DNA from: Stegostoma tigrinum
Lineage: Eukaryota
Assembly: GCF_030684315.1 (NCBI RefSeq)
Contig: NC_081364.1
Coordinates: 55,452,152-55,516,151 of the forward strand
Length of the DNA: 64,000 nt
Direction: 5' to 3'
The first letter of the stretch is position 1. Each line of letters opens with the position of its first letter. The notes beneath the pieces were generated by a model that was not told the DNA's origin, did not search any database, and worked only from the letters and a program-made list of their open reading frames with translations. Both the position numbers and the translations under genes were made by a program. Below are positions 50,521 to 61,056 of the stretch, piece by piece.

Positions 50521-51754
50521 ACACCGTGTTCATTACTGCAGCATCCAGTCCACTTTCTCCAAAACGTATGCAGCCTTAAATTTAAGTTTCAACATTCAAT
50601 TGCAAATAATTAATTACACCAGTGATGTCAAGTAATTTACATAGCTCAGTTCTCAGCTGTTATCAACTGTTCTCTTCCCTTTTCAGCCTCCCTCTCCCAA
50701 ACTTTGCAGCTATCCCCTTCTTGGCCGCACCTTTCAGCTTCAAACGTAGGGCCATCCCTGACTTAACAATTCATTAAGCTAATCTGTTCTCCATACCTAA
50801 GCTATAGAATGATTGCAGATGATCTAGCAATGGACAAGCAGCTCAACCCAAACTGTGCTAACCCAAGCAAAAAGAGTAAAGACCTGTGGGACCCATGCCT
50901 GATTTTCCACTTTCTGCACCAAGGTTTCTGGGTCAGTTCACAAGAACTACAAGTGGCTGAGTCTAGGAAAGGAACTTGGAACCATTAGGTTTGGATGTGT
51001 CCACTATACATACTCTTCAATATTCAGGTACAATCATGCTTGGTTCTGAGAACATTTCCTCACACACAGTTGAATCCCTGCATTTGAATACCTGCTCTCA
51101 CCTCGTTTTAATAACTTAACATCAAGAGTACTATGAACTGAGCTGAGTTTTGGGTTCAAGTCACACTCCAAGACAAAGCCGACTCTCCACTTTAATAGTG
51201 ACTGACGGGTTGCTGCGCTGTTGGAAGTGCCTGTGTTCTCAGACAGAATTAAATATCCCACAATGCCATTTTGAAGTGGAGAGTTATCATGTTATGCTCT
51301 CAATATTTATATATATTCGCAACATTCCTCATTCAATAAGAACATATTATTTTGTCATTGTTATTGTGCTGTTTGTGTAATGCTTGCTTTGTGTAAATTG
51401 TCTGTCCTGCTTCCCATTTGAAAACAGTTACCACTAGTTTATCAGCTATAAAATTTCCTGAGGTTGTGCAAGTCACTATATAAATGCAAAACTTTTTCAT
51501 ATTCTAGATTTTCACTTCCTCTGTATTCTTCTCCAGCTCCAGAATCTTCTGAAGTATCCATGCTCATCTATTGGTAGCTTTGAGCACATCTCCAACTTTA
51601 TTAGCTCCAACACTAACAGCTATGCCTTCTGTTGCCTAAAACCAAGCTCTGGAATATCCTGCCAACACTTCTCCAAGCTATCTCTTTTGCTCATATCAAC
51701 TAAAATCCTCTTCTGGGGTTTTTGAGATTATTCTTTGCTTTACAGTACTCCTGA

Positions 51755-51955
51755 AAATCCATTGCTGATTGTCGGAAAAAAACCCATCTGGCTCACTACT
51801 GTCCTCTAGGGAAGGAAACTGCCATCCTTACCTGGTCTGGCCTACATGTAACTCCAAACCCACAGCAATTTGGATATTTCATAACTGCCCTCTGGGAAAT
51901 TAGGGATGGACAATAAATGCTAGCCAGACACCCTCAGCCCGTAAATGAATAAAAA
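51755..51955 (+). mobile_element. SINE family B, 3' half
   Basis: acccatctggctcact...agggaaggaaactgccatccttacctggtctggcctacatgt...gggatggacaataaatgct. Confidence 0.75.
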
Positions 51956-52284
51956 ACAAAAGAAACGCTATGAATGCTTCATTCTATTAAAAGGTGCTTT
52001 ATAAACGCAAGTTGCTGTTTATGAACATTTATGGCTTGCAAAACAATACTCGTGATTTGTATGAAAGCCACAGCATACAGATTTAGGTAAAAGAAAACAG
52101 GTATTATACACTGATTTTTTTAATGTAAATTTAGCTAGTTGCTTCACACTTACAAAATAATTCCCTTTTCTTGCATTTTGTTTACCCTCCTTCCCATAAG
52201 AGACTATTATTATAGTGTCCTAATACTTTTGGTAAGGCAAGCTTGTGAAAACACATGTCAGCTCTCCTGAGTGAATCAGCTTAC

Positions 52285-52540
52285 CAGTTTCTGGGTCAGA
52301 CCTGGTGGGGCCCACTCATATGTGACTGTGTCAAAAGTTGGATCTTTCTTTGTTACATTGGGATTGGTAATAATCATTCTGTTCCTCTTATAAATGCGGA
52401 CTCCATCTCCTCCCTTCACCCGCGCAGTCAGATTGGAATAGTTGGAGTCAGCCAAAAGACGGCCGATTTTCCGATCATCCTCAGCATCAGAGTGCAGGCT
52501 GTGATCCTCTTGGTTGCATTTGCATGACTTGCATATCTTC
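52285..52540 (-). CDS. LMCD1: LMCD1 coding exon 3 ([85 protein letters not shown]; Cys-rich region into PET domain)
   Basis: ttttgatgcag|G AAG ATA ... AAA CTG|gtaagc. 256 nt, phase 2 to 0, completing the R codon from exon 2. The LMCD1-specific string [18 protein letters not shown] distinguishes it from TES/PRICKLE. Confidence 0.97.
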
Positions 52541-52735
52541 CTGCATCAAAAGCAAGCAAAGTAACATTAGATAGAGTTCATCTGTCTATACAGGAATGAC
52601 CATTATCTGGTGGAATCAGTCAGGTTCCAGAATTCAAAGTATCATTGCTTATTTGAGCCTTAGCACATCTGATGAAAAACCTGCACTTTGTGGAAGTCCC
52701 CGTCTGTATTTTGAAACACAAACTGTAGAGAAGTG

Positions 52736-53081
52736 AGATAATAAAGTGTGAAGCTGGATGAACACAGCAGGCCAAGCAGCATCTCAGGAGCACAAAAGCT
52801 GACGTTTCGGGCCTAGATCCTTCATCAGAGAGGGGGATGGGGAGAGGGTTCTGGAATAAATAGGGAGAGAGGGGGAGGGCGACTGAAGATAGAGAGAAAA
52901 ATCCGCCTCCCCCTCTCTCCCTATTTATTCCAGAACTCTCTCCCCATCCCCCCTCTCTGATGAAGGGTCTAGGCCCGAAACGTCAGCTTTTGTGCTCCTG
53001 AGATGTTGCTTGGCCTGCTGTGTTCATCCAGCTCCACAATTTGTTATGTCAGATTATCCAGCATCTGTAGTTCCCATTACC
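52736..53081. mobile_element. Palindromic Penelope-derived insertion with two hammerhead cores and perfect 14-bp TSD
   Basis: ACTGTAGAGAAGTG at 52722-52735 and 53082-53095; arms ~150 bp; tail on the right only. Confidence 0.95.
52957..52984 (+). ncRNA. Minimal type-I hammerhead ribozyme core (Penelope pLTR type)
   Basis: CUGAUGA-A-GGGU(CUAG)GCCC-GAAA-CGUC: both conserved boxes, stem II, palindromic ACGU stem III and GUC cleavage triplet. Stem I is only 2 bp (CU/AG). A mirror copy lies on the minus strand at 52801-52828. Confidence 0.65.
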
Positions 53082-54071
53082 ACTGTAGAGAAGTGCTTTA
53101 GTATCTGTATCACAAGTCACTATCTAATGGGACTGGGTGGTGCAACATCCAAGAACATAATCTTAGTAACATCTGGGGAGTCAACTGTAGTTCAGGCTAT
53201 TGAAATGAGCAATGAGATATTTCCCTCCCGCTTGATATGCAGAGTCACAAGTTAAACAAGAATTGGCACATGCTTTATCCACTGTGCTGTAGGAAAGAGC
53301 CTACAAAGGAAGCCTATGAAAGGAAAGATAAAACCTTCTTTTATAATTAGGCAAGAAATGGTGTCATTCGTCTGTTAACACCGCCGAGGCTCAAGAACAG
53401 AAAGTTCGAGCACTGCATTGTTGTATGTTCTGTATAGGGCACACACCTGAAGTTACAACTGAAAGCAACAATTGTATCGACACAGGGTCAGACTTGCATT
53501 GTGCCTCTGCGTGACTGTTATGTGCATGCTGTTCAATGCATCCACAGATATGAGAAAATGAGAAGGCTATATAATAGAAATAGAGAGCCCTTTTCTAACA
53601 TCACCCTCAGCACCATGGTCGAATTGGCAGTTTTCTTCTCTCTCCTCGTTTCAAGGTGGAACTCTCTTCTAAACTTGCCTGGTGGCTCTATTGGTGGCAC
53701 TGTATCCTCCCGACCGAATTACTGACAGGGACTGGTTACTTTCCAGTTTCATTTTACACTCTTCATTTCCAAATCCAAATCAATGGTTTCTCCTCTCACC
53801 CATCCTCAAACCTAGTGCCCCGGTCCTCACCAATCTGAAGCTGCAACTCTTGTTTCTCACCTCCCTCCAAGCTCATTCTAGATCAGCCTCACACACCTTC
53901 CCATTACCAGTTCCGTCTCCCCTTACCTGATCCCCGCTATGAAGGACTCTAGCCACTGCATACTGTTGGTTAGCATTACAAATTTTGGGAGGAATACTTT
54001 GGCAGGTTCTGGAACTACATTAGACCCTAATAACCCACAGATGAGACAGCAATATGAGAACAAGAGGACAT

Positions 54072-54213
54072 AAGATAACAAAGCGTGGAGCTGGATGAAC
54101 ACAACAGGCCAAGCAGCCTCTCAGGAGCACAAAAGCTGACATTTTGGGCCTAGACCCTTCATCAGAGTCTTTGTTATCTTGGATTCTCCAGCATCTGCAA
54201 TTCCCATTATCTC
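54072..54213. mobile_element. Short inverted Penelope-derived insertion
   Basis: Minus pLTR to ccttcatcagag, then plus-strand tail. Imperfect TSD tgagaac-aagagg (54055-54067) / tgagaactaagagg (54214-54227). Confidence 0.85.
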
Positions 54214-54623
54214 TGAGAACTAAGAGGGCTCAGGCAGGGAATGAAGGGTGGATGAGAAAACCAACTACAGCACAGAGGGCATTCAAGCAAGGGGCAGCAT
54301 AAAGAAATGCAGTTGCAGAAGAGGATGGTGAAATTTGGGGGTTAGACATTCCTGTCCGCAGCCAAGAACAGCAATCCTGAAGGATGTGTTGCCTGTCAGG
54401 TGACAGGGATACAGCCACTTCTCCACAGTGAGAGAGAAGCATGCAGTGGAAGGGGAAGTGTTCCATTTGCTGTGGCCCATATGGACATTTTATTACATGC
54501 GTGGGGCTAAACAAAGCGGGTTGCCCGTGGGCTGAGCAGCAAAGGGCTAAATTAAAAAGCAGAATGCGAATGGCTAACAGAATCTGAATAACTACTCAAG
54601 TCACAAGACTGTTGGCATGGAGT

Positions 54624-54739
54624 GATAATGGGAACTGTAGATGCTGGAGAATCCAAGATAATAAAATGTGAGGCTGGATGAACACAGCAGGCCCAGGAGC
54701 TCCTGAGATGCTGTGTTCATCCAGCCTCACATTTTATTA
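54624..54739. mobile_element. 116-bp palindromic Penelope-derived insertion, core deleted, perfect 14-bp TSD
   Basis: TGTTGGCATGGAGT at 54610-54623 and 54740-54753. Perfect arms ataataaaatgtgaggctggatgaacacagca / tgctgtgttcatccagcctcacattttattat. Confidence 0.93.
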
Positions 54740-55339
54740 TGTTGGCATGGAGTAATTCGGATCAGAATGCTGAATACATGACTCAGACTGGTGTGGAAGA
54801 AATGGGTTTCTATTCATGAGGGACACTGACACACTACTAGGGAAAGGGGGAGCTATACTCCTGGGTTATCCTTCACCTGACCATGCTAGGGCCAGATAAA
54901 TCATATAGCTTAAGCTATACAGCAGGTTTGCAACAAAATAGTGAGTGCGGACGTAGTGAGGAAGGTACCTATGAAGGGAGCCTTGAAAAGTTCAAGGTAA
55001 AGAATAAGGCAACAATAAACAGAAGTGATGAAGGTAATGATAAACACGGTGTAGGAAGAAGAGACAAGTGTGTAAACATAAGACAGGACCAAAGAAGGAA
55101 AATCTTGCAGCATTGATTAGACCACCTCTGGAGTACAGTCGGTTTGGCTGTAAATCGGTAGTTCCGTTCTTATGCAATCTCATATTATAAGAAAAATCGT
55201 AAAACAGCCACACCATTTAAACTAATGGGACTGGACGCATGTTATAGGCAATACAGGCAAGGAAAGTTGGCGTTCTAAATTCTTCAATCATGTTAAAGCC
55301 AATTCACATTGAAGAAACACGCGTTATATCAGAATCGAC

Positions 55340-55875
55340 AGTATTGTGCACAGAACCGGCCTTATTACCTCAGTAGAGATGGAGTTGCATTGGAAGTGGT
55401 TCAGACAAAGTTCACTAGGCTCATTCTCGGGATAAAGAAGTTGTTTCAGGTGGAAAGGTTAAGCAGGTCGGGGCTAAACTCACTGGGATTTAAAAGACTG
55501 AGGGTCAATTTTATTCGAACAAAGATTCTAAGCGGACTGGACACAGTTCATGCTGAGTAGATATTGCCTTTACTGGGGGAATTTAGAACTATGGGACAAT
55601 CTAAAAAATAAGGGGTTGCCCATTTTAAACAGAGATGAAAAGGAATTTCTTCTCTTGGAGGTCAATTAGTTTTGGATTTCTCTTCATCAGTGAGCAGTGA
55701 AGACTGGGTCATTGTGTATGTTCAAAGCTGAATAAGGCAGATTTTTGACTGACAAGGCAGTTAAGGGTTATGACAGGCAGGCAGAAAAATGTAGGAAGGC
55801 CTAAATCAGATCAGCCAAGATTTTATTCAATGATGGAACAGTCTAGATGGGCCAAATGGTCTAACCCTGCAGTTG
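55340..55875 (+). mobile_element. CR1-type LINE 3' fragment
   Basis: ALEVVQTKFTRLI.G...ERLSR.GL.SL...RLR motif and CR1 3' UTR. Confidence 0.8.
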
Positions 55876-57279
55876 TTTCTAACAAACTTTAAATCCTTGC
55901 TAGAATTTAATACAGTCCATCTGAACGAAATACACACATTAAAGTGAAGGGAAAGAGGAAGAAATCTTCATTTTAATCCCTGTAGCAAATCAAATCCAAA
56001 CAGTCTGATAGGTCATTCACCCTACATTAAGTAAATAACTAAATACATTTTAAATCATGTTTCCGAAGTTAAATTTGAAGCTGAAATATGAATTTGTTTT
56101 GATCTTTACTCAGCTACAATTGTGTTGGCGCTGGACTGTTTCGATAATGTCAGTTTAAAATCAAATTTGGCAGGAAGACAACAAGAAAGAAACAAGCTTT
56201 ATCTCAGCACCAAATTTGTAATTTCGTTTCAAGACAGATCACAGGAAGGTTAAATTGAGAAATTTAAAATTGTCACACTAGTGCAGTACGGGCACAAAGA
56301 TGATATAGGGACAGACAGTGTTGAGGAAGTGGGGAGGCTATGTCTTTGACATCCAGATTGGCTACAGGTTGGGCCCGACATACTAAAACGTGCCAGAGTC
56401 TCACTGATAAGTCACAAATAGCTTGGTTCTCATCTGTGAGCCCTACAGCCTATTGCAAGTTAAAATCTTGGGCTTATGAAACACTGCTATGTTTAAAAAG
56501 TGTTCATGACATTGGCCATCACTGGTAAGGCCATCATTTATTGCCCATCCCCAACTGCCCTTCTGAAGGTGTTGGTGAGTTGGCTGTTTGAGTCTGTGTG
56601 ATGCAGATAGACATGCAATACTGTTAGGAAGGGAATTTCAGGATTTTTACCCGACAACAATGTAAGAGCAGTAGGGATGGTGTGTGACTTGAAGAATTTG
56701 ACAATCATTTTCCCCGAACAGAGTTAAGCACGAAGCATTTTAATTGACTGTTCCAGTCTCCACCTAGCATGACTCATCCATGGAGTGAGAAATAACGTTA
56801 ATATAATGTCTGAATTACTAAGTTTCATGACTAAACAGATTCCTGTTCTGTCTGTCTGACATTTCTTTCTCTCAATACCCGACTGATGTCTCCCATATAA
56901 GTAAACAAGCCTTCATCCACACAGGTCATTAAGATCCTTAGAGACCAATATTTTAAGTGTTCAAAATCATCCATTTCAGGGAAAAAAAAAGTTAAGCATT
57001 GATGTAGGGAATTTACAGACTATTTAAAAGTCCCAATGCAATTGAACCAACATTTTTGGGATGTGACTCTCGTCTCTTTGTGAATTTAACACTCAAAAAC
57101 ACTGAAATAACTATTTCCTTGAGAAAGGAAGAGGTCACATTTTAAAATTCCTCTGTAATTACATAATTTAATGCATTTATAAGAATTTATGAAGTCCATG
57201 CGCGCAAGTTGGTCTATATCTATGTGTATCTGTACGTGTCCAGATCCTGCACCAGCTACTCATATGAAATTAGAACAGT

Positions 57280-57545
57280 GCACAGTGGCATGGTAGCTCA
57301 GTGGTTATCCTGTTGCCTCGCAATGCCAGGGACCTGGGAGTGATTCCAGCCTCAGGCAACTGTCTGTGTGGAGTTTGCACATTCTCCCCTTGTCTATATG
57401 GGTTTCCTCAAGGTGGACTGGCCATGCTAAATTGTTCATAGTGTCCAGGGATGTGCAGGCTGGGGGAGTTAGCCACGGGGGAAGGTGGCTCTTTGGTGCA
57501 TCGATTGATCAAATAGCCTGCTTGCACACAGTAGGGATTCTAAGG
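57280..57545 (+). mobile_element. HE1-type SINE (internally deleted)
   Basis: ggcatggtagctcagtggttatcc...ccagggacc...tgtgtggagtttgcacattctcccc...cacagtagggattct. Confidence 0.8.
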
Positions 57546-57933
57546 CTTTTAAAAAATGAGCATTTGGGGATAAAACAGGAACCAGAGTAGACTACTGAGT
57601 TCCTTGAACCAGTTGAACTATTCAGTTAGTTCATGGGAAGTCTGCATCTCAACTCCATTTACCTGTTCATACCTTTACCTAATAAACAGTTGTCAATCAC
57701 AAGACACAGCTTACAACTGACCCAGCAACAGCTGCAGAGAGAATTGCACAATTCCATTAAGTTTTGTGGAAAGGAGTGTCCTGATTTCAGTCCAAATGGC
57801 TTAATTCCATATTTTAAGAGTATGATACTGGGTTCCGGGGACTGTCAGCTTAGGAAAATGCACTTCTGTATTGAGGCTGTTGAATCCTTTTATAATTTTA
57901 AAGTCTACAATTAACTCAGCCTCAACTTCCCTA

Positions 57934-58285
57934 GGGGAGGTAATGGCCTAGTGGTATTATCACTGGACTGTTAACCCAGAGACCTGGTTAATATTCCAGG
58001 GACCCACGTTCAAATCCTGTCACAGCTGATGGTAGAATTTGAGTTCAATAAATATCTGGAGTTAAGAATCTAACGATGACTATGAATCCATTGTCAATTG
58101 TCAGGGAAAAAGCCCACCTGGTTCACTGATCCCATTAGGGAAGGAAACTGCCATCCTTACCTAGTCTTGACTACATGTGACTCCAGACAGCAGTGTGGTT
58201 AACTCTGAATTGGTCTCTAAGCAATAGGGATGGGCAATAAATGTTGCCTAGCCAGCAATGTCCTCATGTCATTCATGAATTAAGA
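57934..58285 (+). mobile_element. SINE family B, near full length
   Basis: gggaggtaatggcctagtggtattatcactggac...gttcaaatcc...gggatgggcaataaatg...catgaat. Confidence 0.8.
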
Positions 58286-58534
58286 GGGGGGGAAACCCTT
58301 AAAGCTAAGTGGAATACAAGCCAAGCTGACCTGTTTGCTGAACCCTTCAAGCAATGACACTCGTCTGGTGAAACTTCACTTTTTACACTTTTCAAATCCA
58401 ACTTCAAAATCAATGCCCGATTTTGTTTTCATGCCCAAAGCAGTGCTTCACATGGTATACGGTATTTTCACTTTGAAATATTTCAAAGAGTTCTCAGGTA
58501 AATTGTGGGCCATTATCTGACACCTACACTTGCA

Positions 58535-58860
58535 AAATCATAGAATCTCTACAGTGTGGAAGCAGACCATTCCCCCATTGTGTCCACGCCGACCCTCTGA
58601 TGAGCATCCCTCACAGACCCACCCCTTGCCTTAACCATTTATTTCCCATGGCCAACTCATCCAGCCTGCACATCCCTGGTCACTAACACTCTGGGAAATT
58701 TAGCGTGGCCAATCCACCTAGCCTACACATCTTTGGACTATGGGAGGAAACAGGAGCATCCAAAGGAGAATGTGCAAACTTCATACTCATGGTTTGAAAT
58801 TAAACCCAGGTCCCTGGCGCTGTGAGGCAGCAATGCTAACCACTGAGCCATCATGCTCCC
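58535..58860 (-). mobile_element. HE1-type SINE
   Basis: atcatagaatctctacagtgtgg...ggccaatccacctagcc...ccctggcgctgtgaggcagcaatgctaaccactgagcca. Confidence 0.85.
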
Positions 58861-60374
58861 ATAAAATTAATAAAAGAACTTCTCAAAATCTTAATGGTTT
58901 TGACTGTTTTGGTACTGAACATCAAGATTTACTTACTTGCTATTGACCAAAACAGGGGGTGGGATCTTATCAGCCCGAGTGATAGGGACATTGGCGAGAA
59001 AGTGGGAAAGTTGTGTGACAGCCAGCGAGGAGTTTGTTAACATTGAGAACAAAATCTTCCATTTCCCAATGTTCTTCAATTTTGCTCAATCTTCTTCCTT
59101 CCTTAAGTGAATTTTTTTCAAAATTTATTCACAAATTCATCACCATCTCTGTCGGATTTGCTCTAAGTTTAATACACGCTCAACAATAGGCAGCTGATTC
59201 TGAACAAACTTTGTGTAACACTTCACCAGTTGACAAGGTAAATTAAGAAAACGCTCCGATCTTTCAATGTGCTCCAACAGAAGTGCACTTCTGCATTCAT
59301 GAAAACTGGAAAAACAGATCCTGCAGAGTCTACTAGCAAGATACAAGGGAGATGTTTGTCACTGTCTCCCAGTGACAACACTGATTGCACATTGGATGAG
59401 TAGGTGTTCGCAGCCATGGAATACAAAACTGGAAGAGAGGGTTAGAAAGAACAAGCCAGGGGAAGACTGTGAAGACAAATTTGGTAGGCAGAGAGTGCAG
59501 TGGGGAACGTTGGCAGGAGACAAGGTGACATCCCATTCACGGGAATGAGTTATGGGTAACTTTGGTGGGCATGTGAAAAGCACTTCCAGACTTTGTGGTT
59601 GGAAAGCATGACAGAAGATTCCAGAAGCTCATGCTGTTCTTTAATTCCTGGTGCTCACAAACCTCAGGGAATTCAGACAGTTGACATAAAATTTATAATG
59701 GAAATTAAATCCATGACACAAATAATTACATCACCTCATTGAAACGCACTGGAGGCATTAGGAAAAAAAAGCAAAGTCAGGAGTTTGGGTATAAAACTTT
59801 GTGACATTTTACCGTCCCACCCAATCCAAATTCCAGCCATTAAAACCCACTCTTCCTATCTTATCTCTGCCTTCTTCCATTATCATTTAAAATGTGATCG
59901 ATAAAGTCTCAACAGTGCAACGTGAGAATTGAATTATCGAACAAATCAAACATGCTGGATTCTCTCTTGGAATGCAACACCTTTGTACAAGCTCGGTGCA
60001 GTGCTTTGAAAGAATCCCACAAGAACTGGGCAAAAATGCTCTAATATATTCAATGAAAATAATTCATATCTGTATTCATGATTTGAGATGGAGTTTGACA
60101 GTTTATGGCACCTCTGTAGGAACAGACTGGAAGTAGTTTCACACACCATGGCTGTAGTCAAGACACTCACAGCAGAGTGACAGAATCATGTTCCATTTAG
60201 GGATAAAACAAAAGCAAGTTTATATTTTGTAAAATTAGAATTATTGCTAAGTAGGTGTCTTCCCTCTTGGCACTAAAGGCCATATAAATTTCCGGTACGC
60301 TGCTATGTTTCTGAGCGGCACCCACTTACATGTAGCAGATAATTTCCTGAAACAATGTTCAAGCAAGCATCAAA

Positions 60375-60475
60375 CACAAACCATAACAGAAACTGCTGGA
60401 AAAACTCAGCAGTTCTGGCAGCATCTGTGGAGAGAAAACAGAAGTAATGTTTTGAGTGCAGAGACCCTTCTTTCA
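60375..60475 (-). mobile_element. Penelope-like 3' end (older subfamily)
   Basis: acagaaactgctggaaaaactcagcagttctggcagcatctgtggagagaaaacagaagtaatgttttgagt..gacccttctttc. Confidence 0.65.
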
Positions 60476-60970
60476 AACAAGCATCCTTTCATGGAATTTC
60501 TGGAATTCACTACCTGAAAGGCTGTGGAAGATAGATTCAACAGTAATTTTCAGAAGGACATTAGCATACAGGATTACATAGGATACATGGAATGGAACCA
60601 GGCCATTTGTTACAACTGGACTAGAGTAGTGTTTATGCTCTATTCAAATCTCTTCCCACTATTCCTCATCAAAATCTACCACTGTAGCCAGGTATTCCCT
60701 TCTCCCTCATTTATCTAGTTTCCTCTTAAATGCATTTGTAATATTTGCTTAAAACATATGTCACAATAGATTCACATGTGCACCACTCATTGTGCAAAAG
60801 AGGATTCTTATGAGAATTCCTAGTTGGATTTCTTGGTGACTCGAAATTGAAATAAATTCCAGGCTGTAGGGTAAAACTGTCAATCAATAGGTCAACCAGC
60901 GCAGGCACCAAGACCTGAATGGCCTCCAACTGTGCTATGAAAGGCTACTATTAGTAGAGGAGCCACTTAC

Positions 60971-61056
60971 CTCCAAGGATGTGGCTCAAATGCTTTGCAC
61001 ATTCCTCGGCATCCCAAACAGGGAGCTCCCTTTCCGGTTTGATAAAGAATGGACAT
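60971..61056 (-). CDS. LMCD1: LMCD1 coding exon 2 (MSILYQTGKGAPCLGCRGMCKAFEPHPW-R, start of Cys-rich region)
   Basis: Not in the ORF track; read by hand. Minus strand: polypyrimidine tract ttctttctcttttag|ATG ... TGG AG|gtaagt. 86 nt, ends in phase 2. Resembles human exon 2 [30 protein letters not shown] (recalled). Confidence 0.93.

Noticed and set aside
59356-59378. 9-bp hairpin TTGTCACTG-TCTCC-CAGTGACAA
   Set aside because: Short enough to arise by chance in 64 kb, with no supporting context.
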